NCBI GenBank assembly: GCA_013265495.1
Contig: MU058000.1
Span: 1,922,001 to 1,986,000, forward strand
Direction: 5' to 3'
Length of the DNA stretch: 64,000 nucleotides
DNA from: Vicugna vicugna
Lineage: Eukaryota
Below the pieces are notes generated by a model. That model ran no database searches, was not told the DNA's origin, and worked only from the letters and a program-made list of their open reading frames with translations. Positions 55,230 through 64,000 of the stretch are shown piece after piece; position 1 is the stretch's first letter, and every line of letters begins with the position of its first letter. The position numbers were made by a program, and so were the translations under genes.

Positions 55230-55790
55230 CATTGCAGATTTTAGGAAAATCATGTGAAGATCTAGACAAAATGGATAGTTTTCTAAGCAAATAACAGATT
55301 ATCAAAATTAGCCCCCATTATAAATAGAAAGCCAAATAGACCATTTTTGTAGAAGAAATAGAAAAAACGTTACCAAGGAATGATCCCACAAAATGTACCC
55401 AGCCCGTATGGCTTTGTATCAGAATTCAGCTTTCAAAGACCAGTTAATTTCAATGCTTTATCAGTTGTTCTAGAGCGTTAAAAATGAACAGAAACTTCAT
55501 CTTTTTTATGATGCAAGTAAAATCAAAACCTAAATCTGAAAAATACAGAAAAAAATTACAGACCAGTTTAACATAAATACTGAATAAAAATGTACCAAAT
55601 AAAATATTAGCAAGTAGAACCCATAAAAACATTAAGAAAACACCATGACTAAGTGGAATTTATACCACGAATGCAAGGTTGGTTCAATATCAGGAAATCC
55701 TTTCATGTAATAAAAAATAATAATAAGGAAAAAGATAACATGAATTCTATAGATGCTGAAAAAGTATTTTATGGAATGCAATCCATCTTT
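55230..55790 (+). mobile_element. Old L1 ORF2 (RT region) fragment
   Basis: 'aaaattacagaccagtttaacataaatactga', 'aaaatattagcaagtagaa', 'gaatgcaaggttggttcaatatcaggaaatc', 'atagatgctgaaaaagtattt'. Confidence 0.75.
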
Positions 55791-56639
55791 TAAAATAGTG
55801 ATTGTAATACCTATTAAGAGAATTTAGGGATATAAAGCAGAAATAAACTGAGAATTGTAAAATAATAGTCGCAAAGTTTTGAAATCTGTGATACCTATAT
55901 TTAGTGAGCTACTATAAAATCCATAAGCCTCATTCTCATAGAGATTGAGCTACACTGCGAATTACTGAAGAAGAACTTGTAAAGATTCTTTCCTGTTTTA
56001 GCCTGTGGAGTTTAGAACTGCAAATAATAATAAGCAAATTACTTAAAGTATTAACTTTCATGATATTATATTATGTGTTATCTGTAAAGGAAAAATACTT
56101 CTATCACTATCTGTCTTAAAAAAAATGAACCAAATCTGGGAAATATATACTCTCTGAATGACACTTACATGGCTTTGTGTTGGAGAACACAGAGGCAGTG
56201 CCAAATTTAGGAAAAGTATCCAACAATTCAATGATCTAGTTCATTATGTTTACTGAAACTTTATAAATGTCATTTTTGTGTCCTGGGGTACTCAAAGAAG
56301 TCTATTTAGTCCATATATATAAATATATATATATCTATATATTTATATTTACAACAAACAGTAGATACTATTGTCTACTCTTGTTGGATGAATTTAAGAT
56401 ATGAGATTAGAGTGGGCATGGGAAAATAACATGCTCCAATACACAGATAATCATCTCAGAGACAGTATCACAAGTCCAGGGATGCAGGGAAACATCTTAA
56501 TTTCAAAAGTCTTAGTTGCTTACATTTATAGACTCCTTTGGAAAGCAAAAAGAACTTCTGACTTTTCCTTTTCTTGACTTGAGACATTCACTGAATGTTC
56601 TTAGTAGCTAAAATGGTAATTTAAGATATCCATTCCACA

Positions 56640-57371
56640 TATGTCTTGCCCATTTACATTACTTATATTAATTTTCCAAAATTGCGGAAACTTTGTTGTT
56701 GAGGCTTGATGTCTGCCTACACAACTTCCCACAATCTTCTCATTTATAAAAACCTCTCTGATACAGACTCGCTGATGTTTGCTAAGGTCTCACCTCTGTC
56801 TGAAGAGTTTTCCACACCCATCACATGGTCAGGATTTTTCTTTAGTGCGCATTCTCCAATGCTGAATAATGCTGGTGATTCCATGGAAAACATTTCTACA
56901 TTCATCCCGTTTATAAAGTCTGTCTCCTGTGTAGATTCTCTAGTGCAGTCAGTCCTGACTCTTGGGTGCAGGCCTTCCTTCCTACTTCACATAAGGTCCC
57001 ATAAGGTATCCATGCTACATGAAGGCCTCCTTTCAGTAATCATATTTATGTAGTCTCTTGCTCGTATGGATTTTCTGATGACAAATAAGACTGCTATGGC
57101 TGAAAGCTTTCCCGCATTCCTTATACAGATAGCTTTTTGCTTTGTGATGGGTTTCCCAGGGGCTTGTGCTTTAATCTGTCTCTTCAACTTCTCCAGCAGA
57201 ATTGATGCCTCTTCTCCACGTTCTGGATGATGTTATCCTCCCTGGGTCTGCATCTCCCCAGGCAGAGCTCAGGACCTGCTTCAGCACCTGCTCCTTAGCC
57301 TGTATTTCTGATCTCAGCAACTGTAAGCAGAGCTCCCTGAGTCTTCTGACAGCCCTGTGAGGTCCAGGGCC
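56640..57371 (-). pseudogene. ZSCAN12: Decayed SCAN-C2H2 zinc-finger pseudogene, ZSCAN12-like, internally deleted
   Basis: - strand translation gives SCAN 'PGPHRAVRRLRELCLQLLRSEIQAKEQVL..LPGEMQT..*HHPERGEEASILLEKLKRQ', then fingers 'HHKAKSYLYKECGKAFSHSSLICHQKIHT' and '[36 protein letters not shown]'. These match my recollection of ZSCAN12 C-terminal fingers ([37 protein letters not shown]), including the one-residue-short finger. Multiple stops and frameshifts. The symbol names the likely parent, not a functional gene. Confidence 0.85.
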
Positions 57372-57774
57372 AACTACCATGCAGTAAGATACTGACATAC
57401 ACAAAGAAGAGCCAGAATAAAAAGAATATTCTGCATGAATATGTTTAAAGGAAATGACTTTGAAAAATAAATTATAAATTATTTGTAAGATTAAGGGCAG
57501 GCTTTACATATTATGACTTGCTGTTTCAAAGATGTCACTGACTAAATATCAATTTGGAATTTGATTTGAAAACACATATGAAATTGGCACACAATGGATG
57601 TTCAAATGGCAATCTTATTTTTAATTTTCCAATGCTACAGTCTGATTATCAGATTCACATGTGATCTAATTTATCTTAAAGATAAAATATAGCTTATATC
57701 ATAACTGTCAACTGAAATAAAATCACACAACATGAGGGTTGTGAGTTAAGTTTTATTTGGGGCAAAATGAGGAC
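57372..57774 (-). repeat. Right arm of 403-bp inverted duplication (partner 41517-41919)
   Basis: Reverse complement of 41517-41919 with one mismatch; includes the last 69 bp of the 41.1 kb LTR. Confidence 0.97.
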
Positions 57775-58948
57775 ACTTTTCCTCTTACCATCTTCCCTGC
57801 CCCTGTATGTCCACTCATGTGTATCTTATCCTTCATTAGCAACAGATTATTTACTATTCTCTCAGCATTGCCATTATAAATTCATGCAGTCTGATCTGAA
57901 ATACACATTTCCTTTGTTTGTTCCAAGTGGCAAATCCATATTTCTAAGTCAATTTAAAAAACCAGTTTCTACACAAAGATACCCCCTAGTAACGATTAAT
58001 CTCTCCTTTTGGCTAGAGTCCAAATTCAGTGCAGTGTTTTTCCTTTGAAAAATCTCCTCCGTTGGTTTCTTTCAGTGTATGCATTATCTTGCCTGTCTTT
58101 CCTGTCAGACTGTGAGAACCAGAAGCTTCGAGCTGATTCATCTTAGCTTCCCTCCTTAGCACCTCACAGAATGTTAGGCACATTCAGCCACTCCATAAAT
58201 GCATGTTGGATTTAATTGAATTCCACTGAAACTTTAATCAATGAACACTCTGTAGGACAGTGATGATGGCACAGCGGACCACTTCCTGTCAGCAGCCAGG
58301 CCTTGAGGCACATTTTCTAGGTCACACCTGGATGATAGCAGCCCAGAGAGAAGTCAGTGAAAGGAACCACAGGGCTTTCCTAAGTGGCAGGAGCAGCAGG
58401 CAGAGGGCAAACAAGTGTCCTCTGGGTGTGCTCACTGCCCGGATCTGCTTCTCCAGAGCCTGAGAGGGGATGGCAGGTGTAGAATTACCAGCACTTGAGT
58501 CATCGAGCATGCTGGGCTGGTGCCTGCTTTGGGACCTGGCTGCTCTGATGTTTTTCCCTCCATTCACTTAAGGCTCCTTGAAGGAGATACTCACAAACGC
58601 TAAGTGCAGTCAGCAAGTCCAAGATGAAGACTGCGCCAGCCCTTGGACACTGCCTTATGTCGACTTGATTTCTGGATTTTGAAATTTAGATTAGGTAGCC
58701 AACAGGCAATGACAAAAGTAACAGACAGTGCACAGAGAGAAACTTGTAGTTAGCAAACCACTTTTGTGTACATGGTTTCACGTAACTTTCGCCACTGCCT
58801 TGGGAGACTGACAGGGCATAGAGTTTTATGTTTTTGTAGTGTGCTTCTTAGTTGTGAAGTTTGTGGATTTTAGAGTCAAATGATCATAGATTTAAAGTTC
58901 ACCTTTGCCAGTTACTAGGATGTCCCTTTGGACATATTACTGTATATC

Positions 58949-59427
58949 TGTGATAGTTAATGTGTCAACTTGACTGGATCAGGAGATGCCTGGATATCTG
59001 GTTAACCATTATTTGTCTGTGTGTCTGTGAGGATGATTCCAGATGAGATTAGCATCTGAATCAGTGGACTCTGTAAAGTAGGTGGCCCTCCCCAGTGTGG
59101 GTGGGCATGGTCCCGTCCACTGAAGATCTGAATAGAACAAAAAGGTGGAGGAAGGAGGCATTCCTTTCTTTTTCTGCCTCATTGCTTGAGCTGAGATATC
59201 TCCACTCATCTTTTCTGGCCCTTAAACTGGGATTTACATCGTTGTCTTTCCTGGTTCTCAGGCATTAGGGCTCTACTGAATTAACACCACTTGTTTCCCT
59301 GGGTCTCCATTTTTCAGGTAACAGATCATGGGATTTCTTAGCCTCCATAATTAGTATGAGGCAGGCTCTCACAATACATTTCCTTTTGTATCCTATTAAT
59401 TTGGTTTCTTTGAAGAACCCTAATACA
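58949..59427 (+). mobile_element. ERVL LTR (MLT2-like) inserted into a MIR
   Basis: 'tgtgatagttaatgtgtcaacttgactgg...gatgagattagcatctgaatcagtggact...agaaccctaataca'. MIR-like halves flank it (58840-58945 and 59430-59550). Confidence 0.85.
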
Positions 59428-59959
59428 ACATCCTCAGTCTCTTTCTCTCTATCTCATTCTCTAGAAAATGGATACCAACAGCATTAGTTGTCCATAAGGA
59501 TGTCTAGAGGATTAAATGACAAAAGATATTTTGTAAAGTTCACTTGGATATTTCCAGATAGGTTGAAGGAGTTGGGGATTATTCGTGACTCTGTGGAAAC
59601 TTGGGTACGTCACAGACCATTCTGAGTTGCATTTTCATTATTTGCAAAATTGGGGCTGGTCCCTGCTATCATGGCTTATGTGAAGATTAAATGATGTAAT
59701 AAATTTGAAAATCTACTATCTGGTAGGAAGCTGTGCTTGCAAGATTCATTCAATAAATAACAGATTCCTTCATCTTTCAATAGGTCTCCTTTTATTTTTC
59801 ATCTGTAAAATGGAGATAAATAATACCTTGCCTGTCAGTCTCATGGATTTATTTTTGAGGTCAAATTAGATAATGGATATGCTTTAATAAAACTTTAAAG
59901 TGCTTAGTTTATATTAGGTTTTGATACTTCTTTGATCAGGTTTTTACTCATCTATCAAT

Positions 59960-60712
59960 ACGTCCGTTAGGGAATCTTGACGGGTTTCAAAATATGCCAA
60001 GGGTCTGGCCACTTTTTACTGTCCTCACTGCTCCCATGCTGTCCAGATCTCTGCCATCTTTCACCTGGTTGGCTGCTTCCATTGATACCTCCCACAACCT
60101 CTCATCTCTGTAGTGGGGGTGAGCCTTAGGTTTTATTGTGCATATCCTGTCAAACCTCTGTTCAAACTCCTGAAAGATTCTGCTTTTCACTCAGAGGAAG
60201 AAAGAAACTTACAGTGCAATGCTTTAAGTGATCTGGCCCCCACAATCAATGATTTCATTATATTTCTGGTTTCATTAACTATAGTTCTCCTCCTCACTCA
60301 TTCCATTTTATTTATATCTGCCTTGTTGCTATTCTTTATGTCCAGCTACACTCCTGGTTTGGACCTTTTATAAGGGCTACTCCCATTACTCAGGGCTCTG
60401 TTCCTTCAGATATCAGCATGGTTAAGTCCCTCACCTCCTTAAGTCTTTACTGAAATATCACCACTTCAGTTAAGACCATCTTGACCACGTTATTTAAAAT
60501 TATATCCCCATTCACTCTTGGTCCCCTTAATTCTGCTCTACATCTTCTTCCATCATACTTATCAACTTTTACAACTTATTTATTTGAAATATTTTATTGT
60601 CTGTCTTATCCTATGGGAATATAAGTTCCACTAGAGATTTAATTTTTGTTCACTGGTGAATTCCAAGCTTCTAGAACAATCCATTAGTAATATTTGTTGA
60701 ATTGAAATGAAT
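59960..60712 (+). mobile_element. L2 LINE 3' part
   Basis: 'ccactttttactgtcctcactgctccc', 'ccctcacctccttaagtcttt', ends 'aatatttgttgaattgaaatgaat'. Confidence 0.8.
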
Positions 60713-63699
60713 TGATCGAGACAGAGGTACCATTTTTTTAAATTCAATTTGCAGATTATTATTAAAGGACTCAGTGCCTTACACAGCATTATGCACACAA
60801 GGAACCATGATCAGACCATGATCACTTACATCTGCTGCATTAATTTTTGGTCCTTACAACCTCTCCCTCCTGTAGCTGGAGCTGCTGTCCACAATTGCAT
60901 TGACATCTCTTGAGAGAAATATAGAAACATGGAGCCAACTTTTCAGAGTTCTAATAAAAAAATGCATTGCTCCATGGCTGAGTGCACTTAATTTTCTTAT
61001 ATATGAGAAGCTAATGCTTGCATCTCACGTAAAAGTAAAAACCATATGCCAAGTAGTTATATATCCCTGAATGGTCCCCCAAATTGTAAGCTAGTTTGCA
61101 GTAAGGATGCTAAGTTATTGAATTCTACTGTCGGAAAAGTATTGAATATTTTTTTTTAAAGGAAACAAACACAGTAAATTCTCAATAGGAAAGTAGCCTG
61201 CTATAGTGCCGTTTTTAATACTTAAAAATCAGGCATATCTTTAGCTATACTTTGTAATTTGTATTAGTGATGATAGTGAAGGACTTCTGTCTCAAAATAC
61301 ATGCAGTTTTGCCATATCTGGATATTGAGTCTACCCTGAGGTGCTTAGAGTGAAAATAATATAAAATAAATGGTGCTGACAGAGAAAATTAGGAGATTCT
61401 CTTTTAGCCATGAAGCTCTTTTGTAGGGTGAAAATGTCAGAAGAAGCACATTATGAGACACTAAACTACTGAGGCTAGAAAGAACAAGACAGAGGATGAG
61501 GACATGGACACTGGAAGGTGTTAAATACAGGAATCAGTGATGGCATATGGAACCAGCTGAAGGTTTTTTTCTCATCCACATCTCATGGTGATACTTTTAT
61601 ACTATTTGTCCTCTCCTCTCCCCTTTGTTCTGATCCATTTTTTGTCCATTTTTGAGGTAGTGTGAGTTTGTGCTAATGTGTGCACATGTGTGTAGGGGTG
61701 GGAGTGGTGGTAATGATCAAGGTTGAAGACAGGTAAGAAGAGGAAGTAATGACAGTGGTTTATGAAATTGTGACAATATTTTTAATTAATACATCTTGAC
61801 TCCCTCATCTACCTCTCCTTTTCCCTTCTTCTTCTCTTATTTCCATATTCTCAAGGCCGATCTGAATTTTCTTCTTATTGGTATGACAGTATGTCATTTC
61901 TTCCTCTCCCAAAAAGCGATAATTCTAGTGAATAATTTTCAGATATCTTTGGAGGAAGAACTTATTTTGATTTCTTATATCTTTTTGGGCCAGAATTGTT
62001 TCAGAAGAAAGATTTAGTCAGACATAATAGGAAAAGTAAACCACCATTTTTTTATCCTTTGTATCAGGTTAAAACAGATCCTTAAGCCAGTTTCAGATTT
62101 AACCATAGGCATCAGGGAAAACTGTTATCCTCAGAAGCCATAGGCCATTTAGTTGATGTGTTAAAACAATAGCAGTGGAAGAGGGGTTATAAATGCAGGT
62201 GGGTGTTACTGTTGACATTCTTTTTGGAGGGTGAAGCCCAGAGAGCTCTGGAGTTGCCTCACTGAGGCCAGCAGCACTACAGCACTGTTAGTATGACATA
62301 CATGGGTCTCTACATAGACATGAACAGGAGGTGGAGGTCAGCTTTGCCATGGGACTTGTCTTACCATTGGCAAGATGCCTCTGATAATATCCATGGATAG
62401 ATTGTTTTAATCATCTGAAATGAAACTTTGTTTCATGTTACTCATTTTTCTGCAGACATTTAGAGAGAAGGGGAAAAAAAAGGAAACAGGCAAGACAGGG
62501 ACAAAGAACAAATACAAACATGCCCTTAGTCAAACAAGATTCCGATTAGACATTTTGATTAAAGAAGTAATAAACGGATGGTGGAATCCATCTTTTGGAG
62601 AATTCTCAAATCTATGACCAACAGTTCAAGTGACTGTAGGGCATGTATTTATGAAGTAATATAGAAAATATTGCTAAATATCATCTTTCCTAAATAGAAG
62701 GCGCAGCATTCTCATTGCCATGGCAATTTAAAAAGGGTGGAAATAGAGAAAAGAAAACTAGCTTGTGTATTAGAGGTCTTGATTACCAAGATGAGAGGCC
62801 TGAGATGAGTTACCCGAATCTCCGTGAGAAAAAACTTCTAAGAATGAGATTTGTGGGATTGTGGAAAGACATGCTGTTGAGTCGATGGCAGCTAGGTATT
62901 TTTCAACTCTTCTTGTTAAGATAATTAAACCATGTGTATTTGCAAATTAAGGTGATATAGTGCAAGTAAAATGCAGTCTTGACGATTCTATATTTCAAAA
63001 CATAATTAGAGGACTGTCAATATACAGTGCAAAATGAAAAGCATGATACATTGCTCTGAATGTTTCACTCTGAAGATCTGAAAAATCTTAACAACTGAGG
63101 ACAGCATTTCAAATAAGTAAGATGGAACTTCACTTAAATAGATATACAATAAAATATCTATGAAAATTTAATGGGAGCTTATTCCCTCTGAGTGCCTCAT
63201 ACATCACTACAAACTCTTCCCACCCAGAGAATCTGTTTTATTGAGGAGGAGGAATTCAGTTCTGTGGCTTATTTATAAATTCTGAGAAGAAAGCCAATAA
63301 CAATGAAAAAAAAATCTTTAGTATTTTATTGCACCTTTTTTTTTCTATATTTATGAGATTACATTACTACTAGTTCTTTAAGCCAATCAGTAACTTGTGA
63401 AGTAATGATCCAACTTTAAGAAGATCATGAAGGATTTAACCATTAGATGCCAAAACTCAATTACACCACCTGCTTTTCATATATACGTGTGTGTATACAT
63501 GTGTAATAGTTTTTTTCTTCACATAGTCATAGTACATTTATGAACCATTTAATCTTAATATTAGCTCATAGAGATCATGACAGTGAGATCAAGATTAAGA
63601 TAATGGCTTTGACTGTAGTTTAGACCAGTAAAATAAATCATCTTCCACAGTCACTTAAACTGCTATCTTTTCTTAGTGCATCTATACCTGTTTATACCT

Positions 63700-63890
63700 A
63701 CTATAGCTATTGAGCATACACTCCATGCCAGGTGCTTAGTATGACTTACATGCATTATCATTAAACTGAGTCACATTTCTGTACTGAGTGTAATCTAAGT
63801 TTTTCACATAAGGAAACTGAAATCTCTGAAAATGAATACTCAATCTCTTTTAGCTAATAGTTGGCAGAACAAGATATCTAACACAAGCCT
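63700..63890 (-). mobile_element. MIR SINE
   Basis: 'tattgagcatacactccatgccagg', 'ttttcacataaggaaactgaa', 'agctaatagttggcagaac'. Confidence 0.65.
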
Positions 63891-64000
63891 TATTATTATT
63901 ATCAATATTTTTCCTGCAAAGCCTGTACTAGACCACATTGTCTCTCATAAGTGTTGGTCATACATAAGACAGTACTAAATTTAGAATTAAGCAAAAACTA

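Noticed and set aside
41517..57774. Giant DNA transposon with 403-bp terminal inverted repeats
   Set aside because: No TSD or transposase is present. The arm starts mid-LTR, and the interior is ordinary old repeat-laden genomic DNA.
1..64000. Six-frame ORFs of 60-115 aa as genes
   Set aside because: Nearly all lie in LTR, L1, L2 or microsatellite sequence, or are the antisense/off-frame reading of the zinc-finger pseudogene (e.g. 56706-57053). None shows an intact recognisable protein.

Overview
AT-rich, repeat-dense mammalian genomic DNA. It is most likely camelid (alpaca/llama/camel), judged from a Vic-1-like tRNA-derived SINE and camelid-type L1 3' ends. I recognise no intact protein-coding gene, tRNA, rRNA or CRISPR array, and the ORF track is mostly repeat-derived noise. 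Main content: (i) a small CpG-island promoter at ~10.37-10.78 kb (CRE, Sp1, ETS motifs and + strand splice donors) with no identifiable downstream CDS; (ii) a long decayed hAT-Blackjack transposase fossil just downstream; (iii) a decayed SCAN + C2H2 zinc-finger pseudogene on the - strand at ~56.6-57.4 kb, whose fingers resemble ZSCAN12; (iv) a 403-bp, 402/403-identical inverted duplication bracketing 15.45 kb and abutting that pseudogene; (v) a 309-bp-period tandem duplication; (vi) an mRNA 3'UTR retrocopy inside a MER34-like LTR; (vii) a twin-primed L1; plus many MaLR, ERVL and ERV1 LTRs, L1, L2, MIR and DNA transposon relics. Repeat family and gene names come from recalled consensus sequences, not a database search. 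I found no convincing novel biological system. The most notable signals are structural and may be either recent rearrangements or assembly artefacts.
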